Under the pieces are notes generated by a model that saw only the letters and a list, made by a program, of their open reading frames with translations, ran no database searches and had not been told where the DNA came from. Below, piece after piece: positions 1-11,697 of a stretch of DNA of 64,000 nt. Every line of letters begins with the position of its first letter. The first letter of the stretch is position 1. The translations under genes and the position numbers were made by a program. The stretch comes from Octopus sinensis (taxonomy: Eukaryota). The stretch is taken from the NCBI RefSeq assembly GCF_006345805.1, contig NC_042997.1, forward strand, positions 15,190,001-15,254,000. The letters run 5' to 3'.

Positions 1-186
1 CACTTCTCAGCTCATAATACAGGTAATGCTCCCAGTCTGCTGCCAAGAAGGTAATAAAAAATTTTGTAGGATATTCCATCCAGTCTTGATTTGCTCTTCA
101 TACAATAGCTCAACTTGTCTGTCATGTTGCCTGTTGAAACAGACTTTTTACAGCATTCTGCATTATCAGTCAACTACACCAGTGAA

Positions 187-516
187 GGCACATGGCTCAG
201 TGGTTAGAGCATTGGTCTCACAATCATGAGGTCGTGGGTTTGATTCCCAGACTGGGCTGTGTTGTGTTCTTGAGCAAGACACTTTATTTCACATTGATCC
301 AGTTCACTCAGATGTAGAAATGAGTTGCAGTGTCACAGGTGTGAAACTGCATCAGCCTTTGCCTTTCCTTCAGATAACACCGGTGGCATGGAGAGGAGAG
401 GCTGGTATACATGGGTAACTGTTAGTCTTCCATAAACAACCTTGCGTGGACTTGTGTCTAGGAGGAGAATTTTCTAGGTGCAATCCCATGGTCAGTCATG
501 ACCGAAGGGGGTCTTC
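187..516 (+). mobile_element. tRNA-derived SINE, working family D
   Basis: A box TGGCTCAGTGG, B box-like GGTTTGATTCC, core cttgagcaagacactttatttcac and tail ...catgaccgaagggggtc. A second copy is at 50529-50835. Confidence 0.8.
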
Positions 517-527
517 ACACCAGTATT

Positions 528-943
528 CTACCAATTCTACTATATGGCTCAGAAACCTGGACGTTATCAAAGAAGCTTGAGAGGCGGTTGGATGGAACCT
601 ACACTCGCCTCCTTATGAGAGCTCAAAATCTCTCGTGGAAGCGCCATCCAACCAAAATGCAAATATATGGGAAATTACCACCTGTGTCATCTCTTGTGAA
701 AGGTAAGAGAGTCCAGTTTGCTGGACATTGTTGTAGAGCTGAAAAAGAAGTAATTCTTACTCTTCTCCTCTGGAAGCCATCTACTCGCAATACCAGAGGG
801 CGCACACTCTCCTACCCTGATGTAATCTCCAGGGATACAGGCATCCAGCAACAGGACCTCTGTAATGCTATGATGGACCGTGAAGTCTGGCGTAACATAG
901 TAAATTCCATTGTCTCGACCACGGTCGAACAATGATGATGATG
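528..943 (+). mobile_element. 3' fragment of a second RTE-type LINE with an 11-bp TSD
   Basis: LPILLYGSETWTL...QFAGHC...RGR...DREVWR C-terminus ending in (TGA)n, flanked by acaccagtatt at 517-527 and 944-954. Confidence 0.88.
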
Positions 944-3900
944 ACACCAGTATTAGTGCAACAATAAGAAATAGATCATGAAAAACAAGATGCACTTATC
1001 AGAAGCTAAAAGGCAGAAGGAAAGTAACTGACTCCCAATAGAAGTTAAGTACATTTAATATAAAAGAAGACAGACTTCTAGCAATTCAAGATTTCAGTCT
1101 GATATATTTTAATCCTCCAGTTGTAGCAATTTGATTTGTCCCCAAAGCTCTTTCTATTTCAAACTCAATAAGAACTAATCATCAATTGAGGTATACATCT
1201 ATTTACAATACTTGTATGAGACATAACGAATGAAAATAACAAATACCTAATACAGCCATTTATTAGAACTATTGATTTCATATAACCATATATGTAGGAA
1301 ATGGTTATAGGTAACTGATTTGAATGCAGTAAATTCTGGTACTCATCATTGTACATCTGTTTTTCCATTTGGGCAGGGGTTGATAAATCTCGCATCGTCT
1401 TGTCACTTTGTTGCAGTTTTTGTTATATAACATACACAACAGAGAAAACCCGGTTGCTGCAAATGTCATCTTATTTTGGCACATATTTTAAAATTGGATA
1501 TCCTACCTATCACTAACTGCTTTACATTATGAATTGGGTGCATTTTGTCATATCGCTGACACCATAGAGAGATTGTCACTAACAGAACTAAAGATGCCTG
1601 TCTACCCATTGTTGCTTCTGCTCATTCCTTACTTTCTGGTAGGTTTCAACAACTGGACGCCTTTCTTGATGCCAACCATTTTACAGTATTAACTTGGTGT
1701 ATATTACCATGCTGCTAGCACTAAAGAGATTGTCACCAGTGTAACTAAAACGTCTTCCCTATCCTATGTTGTTTCTGCTTCTTCCTTCCATTTTGGTGAG
1801 GTCTCAATAATTAAATGCCTTTTCTGATACCATCCATTTTTCAGCATGGACTGAGTGTATTTTACAGTGTCCACTGGTTCTGTAACTGAGAATGAAGCAA
1901 AGCTGACCCGTGAGAGTTAAACTCAGATCAATGAACAAACTGAATCAATTGCAGAATATTATTCACGAAGGGATACATTTAATCAATCCTAGAGTCAGAC
2001 AAAAAAAGGAAGTTACTTTACTTCCACAGCCACCAAATGGCATTTAAATCCAGAACAATGAGATATCAAACTAGATATAGCTCTGTTGTCTCGAGTTTGA
2101 GCAAATCCCATTGGCCTTCCATTCAACAGAAAACTGAAGCTTTGTATCTCTCGTCAGATTACACAGTAGCATCTCTTACTAGTATTTGTGTCCAATGAAT
2201 GCATACTGTTCTATAATAGCATGCATTCAATGTCTTAATTATTTTTTTACCTAAATCATAATTTAAACATATCTTTTTAATGAAAGTGTTAAACATTTCA
2301 GCTAATTGTAGCTTCTCTTTTAAAACTTACTGCTACATAAAGAACAGCATCAAGAGTCATGTGGCTTCAATAGTAAAAAAAGTGAGAGATATGAAGGGGC
2401 CGGAGAGCCTTTTACCATGGGTTTCATGGATGACCCGGGCCAAGCAGCAGCAACCAAAACTAAACCACTGATTATAATCCAATGAATAGTATTTCAATAA
2501 AATACTTTTCTAAATTCTTATAGTTTCTACATACTATTATAAAACATAATTCAATGAAACTGATTGCTGAACTAAAAATATATTTATTTTTATATAAGGA
2601 ACATCCACTCTACTATCATACAAGGTTGCAAAGACAATGAAGAAAAGGATTATTGTTATAAAAATCAATACTTCAATATATCACTGGTACTTATTTTACA
2701 AATCCTGGAGAGACAAATGGAATACACAACAAACAGATTTAAATGAAAAAAAAAAAAAAAGAAAATGAATACAAAACAAGATACTGTAAAACATCCAAAC
2801 TAGAGTTTCAATGCCTTCGGATACTACACCACCCTCTGTTAATTCAATTAAGTGTCCCTGTGCTTATCATTCAAGAAGAGCAAGTGCTTCTTTTTTATTT
2901 TTTTTTACATTTGCAATGGTGGAGACAATCTAAAGTTGATTTTCTGCTGTAAAGGCAGTAAAGATTTATATATCATTTGATTTTTATTAATTAGATATAT
3001 TTTCCAATATATTTACATTTTCTCCCATTAATGTACGTGCATGTGTGTTATAGGATGGGACAACTAGAGCTTTCAGATTCATATCATCACAAACACATAT
3101 ACCACTCAACCACTTAGTTTTACTAGCATGACACACTCATGTTTTTCATGAAAACATTACACACGCACACAATCACACACACTAACACATCACATGCACT
3201 CTCACACATACATGTTCCCCCATGAACGTATGCATGTTGCCACCCAACTAATGCTTTTTCTTTTATTATTACTGTATTATTAAATTTGCAATATGATTGG
3301 TTAATATGTTTTTATATTCTAATATTGTACGAGGCTTAAAGCATCCAATCCAAAGATTCAGAAATATCAATAATCCAAAACTGGATCAGGTCCAGAGAAG
3401 CTATAACAACATTTTCCACACCACCCTCTCTCTCACTGCCATTATATACTGAAACAACCAGCCACATGCATTTAAAAGCAAACATGCTTAATGTTGGATA
3501 TTGAAAGTTGCTGCTAAAGCATCTTACTGCTGAAACTGAGTTATTGGTGGTTAAGAAGAAGAAGAAGAAGAAGAACAGCAAATAAGTGGTACACAGTCAG
3601 TTTTTAAGGTTGCTGTAGTCAGAAGTGCAATAATCGACAGACAGTGTGCAATAGAAATTGATTGCTATCGCACTCTATCTTGTCAATTCCTTTCATGGGT
3701 CTTTGAGTTAGATGAGCTGAAGGCTCCAATAGAAAATGAGTAATAGTTAATCATTAAATGGCTTTGATATGGCACAGATATTCTTTTTTAGCCTGCTTGA
3801 TGATGTATATGAGCGATGATGGTGAACGTGAATGTAAATCAATGTACTAAGAGGAATGTTACTGTTCAAATGCTTTCTTTCTCTTTCTCCTACTCGTTTT

Positions 3901-4580
3901 TTTTCTTTTTTTTAAAGTCTTTTATTAATGTTGTTGATTGTGTTGGATTTCCTTGCTTTTTTTTTTTTTCCTAACTGAAACTTGGCATCTCTACAGAGTC
4001 AACTTGCAGGGGAAGAAAGAAAAAAAAATTTTTTTAAATAATAAAAAGATTCAAGTATCATCTTATCTTTTTTTTTTTTTTTTTACTAAGGAGATGAAAA
4101 TGAATAGAGTGGCGGGGTGGTGGGGGTGGAATAGAAAGAAAATTCAAGTGAAGAGATAGAATAGAATAGAATGAATGATTGTTGTTAATAGTTAAAATGA
4201 AAAGATGGGGAGAGAGGGGAGAGAGAATATATATTTAAAAAGAAGAAAATAGGACAGGAGAGAAAGGAGTATCAATAAATAAATAAAATACAGATAAGTG
4301 AAGTAAAAAAAAAAATATGAGATAGAAAGAGGAGAAAAGAGATAACTGAGAGAAAGGAGGGTATTAAAAGAGAAAACAAAAAAACTGAAGGGAGAGGAAG
4401 AATAGAAAAAAAGAAAGGGGGTGTGGGAGAAGAGATAGGGGGAGTATGTGAAGGAGAGACCATTCCAGACAAAGTTAAACAACAAATATGGCAATTATTT
4501 TCTCTTTGTGAAGTCATTAACTTGGCTATACATATACATACATTTACATATTCATACACAGCTGGATGTATGTTTGTGAG

Positions 4581-4647
<67 letters not shown>

Positions 4648-5021
4648 TACACCCACACATATGACCACATATACATATACGCACAGACATGTTTATAAAG
4701 ACATACGTTATATGTGTGTGTGCACACATTGTATTCTGTCGCCACTCCCACTCACCCCATATCATGAAGGGCTACCCTGACACCCATTTTTATCCCTTTC
4801 CAGCTCCATTCCAACCACTTTCACAATGTAGGTAGCCGTGTAGCTGCTCTAGAGCAAGAAACCTGTTCTGCTTTGGCCCTTTCTATCATACTTTAACTCA
4901 GTACATGATGTAAGGCAGTTGGTGTTAAGAAGGGCATCCATCTAAAGAAACCATGCTAAAGCCAGCACTGAAGCATGACTCTCTTCAAACGTGTCAAACT
5001 GTCTTTTCCAGACCAGTATGG

Positions 5022-5303
5022 ATCATCATCATCATTTAGCGTCTGCTTTCCATGCTAGCATGGGTTGGACGGTTCAACTGGGGTCTGGGAAGCCTGAAGG
5101 CTGCACCAGGTCCAGTCTGATCTGGCAGTGTTTCTACAGCTGGATGCCCTTCCTAACGCCAACCACTCTGTGAGTGTAGTGGGTGCTTTTTACGTGCCAC
5201 CCGCACAGGTGCCAGACGGGGCTGGCAAACGGCCACGGACGGATGGTGCTTTTTACGTGCCACCGGCACGGGGGCCAGGCAAGGCTGGCAACGGCCACAA
5301 TCG
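5022..5303 (-). mobile_element. RTE LINE 3'-UTR copy (5'-truncated)
   Basis: Matches 13618-13930; (GAT)n tail, CCATGCTAGCATGG palindrome, two ~63-bp internal units. Confidence 0.85.
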
Positions 5304-5961
5304 GATATCATTATTAAATGATAATAATGACCGTTAAATGATAATAATGGAATACATGACACACACACATATAAAGAATTACACACAAACACTATATGTA
5401 CATACTTGCAGGTGTTTATATACAGACATATATGTATGTACATAGATACATGTAGACACATACTGAAATACTCAGACGTTGGTGTGGTATGGATGAAAAG
5501 TTAAGAAGTGTGCATATGGCAACAACAACAACGACCAGGGTTTGGTTCTAGTGCACAGCATCTTGGGCAAATGTCATTTCCTATAGTATTGGGTTGACCC
5601 ATACTTTGTAAGTGAAATTGGATGGATGGGAGTTTATAGAAGCCCATCAAATGGTTTGTATCTGTAATTCAAGGATACAACCTTGTCACACTGTGTCACA
5701 CAGATTCATCATCACCACCATCCTTCTGCCTGAGAATTACATTATGCATACATGTCTGCAGTACCATCTGGCACTTACATACAAATTCAATAAGCAGGTA
5801 ACATGGTTAACCAAATGACTGAATCCTTATTGTCAAAACTGGTAAATATCTTTCTATATATCCATTTGTTTTGCTATATATTTGCCAGCTTTTCTATGCT
5901 TGCATGGGTTAAACAAATATATTATTAACAAGTAAATCAAAAAATCAAAGAATCAAAAAAA

Positions 5962-6389
5962 TCAAATCAAAATTGAAATCGATCAACATCGATGGAATTT
6001 GTAGTTGTGGTACCAGTGCCGGTGGCACATAAGAGAACCATCTGAACGTGGCCGTTGCCAGCACCGCATCGACTGGCCTCCGTGCTGGTAGCACATAACA
6101 AACACCATCCGATCGTGGCTGTGCCAGCCTCGCCTGGCCTCCGTGCCGGTGGAACGTAAAAAGCACCATCTGAGCATGGCCGTTCGCCAGCCTCGTCTGG
6201 CACCTGTGTCGGTGGCACATAAAAAGCACCCACTACACTCACGGAGTGGTTGGCGTTAGGAAGGGCATCCAGCTGTAGAAACACCGCCAGATATGACTGG
6301 CCTGGTGCAGCCTTCGGGCTTCCCAGACCCCAGTTGAACCGTCTAACCCATGCTAGCGTGGAAAGCGGACGTTAAACGATGATGATGAT
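5962..6389 (+). mobile_element. RTE LINE 3'-UTR copy
   Basis: Same 3' UTR including the upstream atcgat...ggaatt segment, internal tandem units and (GAT)n tail. Confidence 0.85.
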
Positions 6390-6639
6390 CATCATCATCA
6401 TTGAGGTATTGTTTTACAGCTGGATGCCCTTCTAGTTGCTAACCATTACCCATTTTTCAAGCAAGGTAAGGAATATTATATTCCACATCTTCAAAAGGCA
6501 CAAAGCTGAGCAACAATATACATTGACAGATAAATGACAGCAATGTGAGTACAAATAGTTCGGTTATTTTTGGAGGAGCACAAGTGTGAATGAAAAGACA
6601 GACATACAAGCACACACACATCCAATATATCCAGAGGGT

Positions 6640-6960
6640 GGAACTTGTGCCGGTGGCACGTGAACAAAACATTCGAGCGGGGTCATTGCCAGTCCCACTG
6701 GACTGACTCCTGTGCAGGTGGCATGTATAATACACCATTTCGGGCGTGGCCGTTACCAGTACCGCCTGACTGGCCTTCGTACCGGTGGCATGTAAAAGCA
6801 CCCACTACACTCTCGGAGTGGTTGGCGTTAGGAAGGGCATCCAGCTGTAGAAACTCTGCCAGATCAGATTGTAGCCTGGCGCAGCCATCTGGTTCACCAG
6901 TCCTCAATTAAATCGTCCAACCCATGCTAGCATGGAAAGCGGACGTTAAACGATGATGAT
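6640..6960 (+). mobile_element. RTE LINE 3'-UTR copy (variant subfamily)
   Basis: gttggcgttaggaagggcatccagctgtagaaac...catgctagcatggaaagcggacgttaaacgatgatgat. Confidence 0.85.
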
Positions 6961-7840
6961 TCTTTCAGTTGCTGTCTTTCAAACCCACTCACAAGATTCT
7001 CCATGGTGTCATACAATGGGACTGATCCCAAAGCTATAAGGTTAAGAAGTGAACTTCATAATCACACAACCAAGCTTGCGTCCAGATCCATACACACATA
7101 TATCCAAAGCTACATGTACATAAACAGCAGGTTATTACAAAAATACTCTATTGTTTCACTTATAGGAGTTCATCATGGGGCAAATATGTACAACTACTTT
7201 TGTAACAATCAACTATTATTTTAGAAATATTTACACAGATATGTTGCCTTTAAGGTGTTGAGATGTTTAAGAGATATTCTTATAAATAGCAACATACGTA
7301 CACAATCTCCTCAACATACATATACAATCATGCTAAACATACACATACATATATGTAGGTATGTAGGGAGGTAGGTAGAAAAATAGATGGACAAATAGAT
7401 AGATATCACTTTCTAAAATACAATTGACTGAATAACAAAAAATGTAAAAATTTCAACAAAACATGTACAATAATATAACATGACAAGTAAAAATGCTTAA
7501 TTTTTCTTTCATTTCTTAATCTTTAAGGAATGGTTTTTATCATGAGGCTTTTAACAACACAAATGTAGTTGTAATTATGTAAAGATAGACAGACACAGGA
7601 AAGGAGAGAGAGTAAGTGGTGTACATGCATGTGTGTATATATATATATGTATGAGAGAGAGAGAGAGAGTAAGTGGTGTACGTGCATGCGTGTGTATATA
7701 TGTATGAGAGAAAGAAAGAGAGAGAGAGAGAGACATCAACAGCAATCAACTTTATAGCATAACATGGAATCTGAATAGGTAAAGGTTTAAAAGCTAGCAA
7801 AGATTTTAATGGAAATATTGCTGTTAAATTATGTTCCTGA

Positions 7841-7873
<33 letters not shown>

Positions 7874-8263
7874 TATATATATAAAGAAAGATATAGAGAC
7901 AGAGTGAGAGAAAAAGAGAGAGAACAGGTTGAGGTGGTCTAGTAGCTCAAAGGTTAAAGTTAAAAAACAAATCAACTAAATGTTCATGGATTTATCTCTG
8001 ACATAGGAAACACACATTCTTTTATATAGTTTACTCATCCACGAATGTATGTATGCATGCATGTGTGTGTGTGTGTATACACACACACAGGATGTGTATG
8101 AAGTGTATGCACGTGTGCTTTTGTCTATATAAATATGTATACATGAAGGCACATGTGTTTATGAACACATATACATACACACACATCCATACATAAATGC
8201 TGATGTGATTAATGATAATGTTGATACCGTTTTCAATTTATTTCTACAATAAATAATCCTCAT

Positions 8264-8408
8264 CATCGTTTAACATCTGCTTTCCATGCTAGCATGGGTT
8301 GGACGATTTGACTGAGGGCTGGCGAACCAGATGGCTACACCAGACTCCAATCTTGATCTGGCAGAGTTTCTACAGCTGGATGCCTTTCCTAATGCCAACC
8401 ACTCCAAT
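8264..8408 (-). mobile_element. Short RTE LINE 3'-UTR copy
   Basis: catcatcgtttaacatctgctttccatgctagcatgggttggacg...ctaatgccaaccactcc. Confidence 0.8.
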
Positions 8409-8616
8409 GTCTATAGAAATCATTTCTCTCTAACTGTCCATCCCTCACAATAGCTGGTGGGTATCGAAATTAAACCAGAGTTACAAAGAGTTTATTATCT
8501 ATAACAAACAACGGTATGTGTAATGTGTGAAGCAGAAATACTTTTAGGCTACTAGACATAGTTAAAATAACACACAGTGTAACAGATGAATAAAAAATAT
8601 AAACAAATACTACCTG

Positions 8617-8688
8617 TCCTCGGTAGTATAATGGTAAGTATCCCCGCCTGTCACGTGGGAGACTAGGGTTTGATTCCCCACCAGGGAG
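8617..8688 (+). pseudogene. tRNA-Asp(GTC) pseudogene
   Basis: 72-nt TCCTCGGTAGTATAATGGTAAGTATCCCCGCCTGTCACGTGGGAGACTAGGGTTTGATTCCCCACCAGGGAG is colinear with eukaryotic tRNA-Asp, anticodon GTC at 8650-8652. It has a C5:A68 mismatch, an A:C mismatch in the T stem, T-loop TTTGA instead of TTCGA, and no oligo-T terminator. Confidence 0.85.
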
Positions 8689-8689
8689 G

Positions 8690-8834
8690 TCCAGCCAGTG
8701 GCTGTGTGGTAAGTAGCTTGCTTACGAACCACATGGTTCTGGGTTCAGTCCCACTGCATGGCACCTTAGGCAAGTGTCTTCTACTATGGCCTTGTGAGTG
8801 GATTTGGTAGATGGAAACTGAAAGAAGCCCGTCG

Positions 8835-8883
<49 letters not shown>

Positions 8884-9085
8884 CTGTATCTGTGTTTGTC
8901 CCCCAACATCGCTTGACAACTGATGCTGATGTGTTTACGTGCCCGTAACCTAGCGGTTCGGCAAAAGAGACTGATAGAATAAGTACTAGGCTTACAAGGA
9001 ATAAGTCCCGGGGTTGATTTGCTCGACTAAAGGCGGTGCTCCGGCATGGCCACAGTCAAATGACTGAAACAAGTAAAAGAGTAAA
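8690..9085 (+). mobile_element. tRNA-derived SINE, working family A
   Basis: Head gtggctgtgtggtaag...ggttcagtcccactgc, internal (AT)n(GT)n, tail gactgaaacaagtaaaagagtaa. Confidence 0.9.
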
Positions 9086-9704
9086 TAAAAAAGTATCATC
9101 AGTTGATGAGGGTATGGAGAGGGAGAGAGGAGGGAGAGATGAAAGAAATTGATAGGTTTGATAGAAATAAAACAGCAGCATTGCTTATTTGTGACTTCAT
9201 AGATACTCCATATTGCATGTAACTGAAAGCTAAGGAACCTTTAGGAAATAAACTGGTTACCTTGTAAGAGAAAATGATGGATAGGTGCCATGTAAATGTT
9301 CTGCAGCAGGCATGACAATGAGGACAAACGAGGATTATTACAGCAATGACAATGATGTTGATAATGATGATGATGATTGATTGATTGATTGATTGAGTGA
9401 TTGCAGTGAAGTTAATGCCGGGGGGGGGGCACCAGACTTGTACTGCACAAAACGATCTATTACTTCAAAAAAAAAAAAAAAAAAGTGGGGGGAAATAAAA
9501 ATGATTGTAAGCTGCAGCAGATTTTTCAAATAAAGTCAATGAATTTCTTTGAAGCATTTCTATTTCCAAATTATGAATCATTGATACAGGATTTTGATTC
9601 TGTATTTGATTTTATTCAAAACATGTCTCCATGTATTACACTAAGCAACATGATTTATGCAGAGATAAACAAAACTTGTTTTCTTAAATAATTTGAGGTC
9701 ACTG

Positions 9705-10149
9705 AACCCTAAAATTACATTGGTTTTTGCTATCACATCACTATTTTGTACTGTGACATAAACCCATTTTTGATAACTGCATTGATTCCAATGGCATTGG
9801 CCAGTATACACTGAAAGTATAGCTGATGTATCCACTCATGCACCTTATATTTTGGGCTCAAATTGCACCCTACAATTATGTTCATTATTAGTTCATTCTA
9901 AAATATATTTAGGGCACTGAGTCTAAACCCTAAAATTACATTGGTTTTTGCTATCACATCACTATTTTGTACTGTGACATAAACCCATTTTTGATAACTG
10001 CATTGATTCCAATGACATTGGCCAGTATACACTGAAAGTATAGCTGATGTATCCACTCATGCACCTTATAATTTGGGGCTCAAATTGCACCCTACAATTA
10101 TGTTCATTATTAGTTCATTCTAAAATATATTTAGGGCACTGAGTCTAAA
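9705..10149. repeat. Near-perfect tandem duplication, unit 221-222 bp
   Basis: aaccctaaaattacattgg...agggcactgagtctaaa occurs twice (starts 9705 and 9926) with only about 3 differences. Confidence 0.95.
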
Positions 10150-11306
10150 GATATCAGTTTTGGCCTCTCAGCACAAATTAGTTAATGTATTTTAATATAA
10201 AAATAATGCTATTATCTTTAGATTGCTGAATTCTAGCTTAAATTACATAATTTCAGCACAAAACCTTAGTAAATACATTGAACAAAGAAGCAATTTGTTT
10301 AGCAAATTCCCTAGACTAAGCATGAAAAAACTTAAAGCAGCAATACTTTTTTTTTTATATTTCGTTTTTGGATTTGGTTTGTAAGATTCTTTATATGAGT
10401 TCGTGTGTTGAAGCATATTCTGTTGTGCCTGGAAAGAGTCATTTTCTTTTTGTGCCTTATAATACACTCACTGGTAAAATTTCCACTTTTTTTTCTTATT
10501 TTTATTTTCCTAAAATTTTCGTTGCGTCTTGCAACCTTTTCAATAGTCTCGACTCTGTCCATTATTTACACTGCATCCCCTTTTGTTTGTGCACATTTTT
10601 TTTAATGTTTACCATATAACACATTCTTGGCAATTATTAAGCTAACAACTACTTTGAATTGGTAAGGGACATGATCTTCTGTCTTAATGAATATTATCTA
10701 CATAGCCACTGAGCTTTCCAGAAAGGTTTGGTACATAGAATGGTAGATTACATTAGGAACCTTTAGTAGACTAACCTGGTAAACCTTACACTAGAAAGTT
10801 TTATTAAAAAAACATGTTGAATGAATAATAATTTATAAAAGAAGAGCATTGTAGTTTGTTTGAAGCATTGTAGTACATAAGTAGAATAATGAATGAAATA
10901 AGAAATAAGGAAAGCTTCTTCTAACAATGCAAAAATAATTTATAAAGTTTATTTTTGAGTTTCAGTAACTATAGATTCTAATGTAGGGAACTCTGTATGT
11001 TTGTGATGAGATAAACTTATTTAGTAATAAGAGGTTATCTTAATAACATTAATATTGTTATATTTGTATCAAAATATCAGATTAGTAATTAATTAGAGTT
11101 GACAAGGCTAAGACTATTCTTCGAATTGGTAATCCAAAAATACTCCCAAGTAGGTCTAACTTCTAAGGCTCCTAAATACAAGGTGCAATTGGAGTCAATC
11201 TGTTGCATGTGGTAAGTTAATGTACAATGGATTATACTGTATTCTTCAAAACCAGAGGTGATAGGGCATAACTGGTGGTATATTTGGAAGCAATGTTCCA
11301 AATATA

Positions 11307-11697
11307 GGCGCAGGAGTGGCTGTGTGGTAAGTAGCTTGCTAACCAACCACATGGCTCTGGGTTCAGTCCCACTGCGTGGCATCTTGGGCAAGTGTCTTCT
11401 GCTATAGCCCCGGGCCGACCAATGCCTTGTGAGTGGATTTGGTATATATATATATGTGTGTGTGTATGTGTGTGTGATCGTGTGTTTGTCCCCCTAGCAT
11501 TGCTTGACAACCGATGCTGGTGTGTTTACGTCCCCGTCACTTAGCGGTTCGGCAAAAGAGACCGATAGAATAAGTATTGGGCTTACAAAGAATAAGTCCT
11601 GGGGTCGATTTGCTCGACTAAAGGCGGTGCTCCAGCATGGCCGCAGTCAAATGACTGAAACAAGTAAAAGATAAAAGAAAGAAAGAAAGATAAAGAT
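11307..11697 (+). mobile_element. SINE family A (internal deletion before the microsatellite)
   Basis: ggcgcaggagtggctgtgtgg head through the gtaaaagataaaag tail. Confidence 0.9.

Noticed and set aside
5128-6907. Recurrent ORFs such as LQLDALPNANHSVSVVGAFYVPP and HHHHRLASAFHASMGW suggesting a gene family
   Set aside because: All derive from copies of the RTE LINE 3' UTR; the frames vary and stop at random.
8617-8688. Functional link between tRNA-Asp(GTC), a queuosine substrate, and nearby QTRT1
   Set aside because: The tRNA is a decayed pseudogene 52 kb away; the proximity is most likely coincidence.
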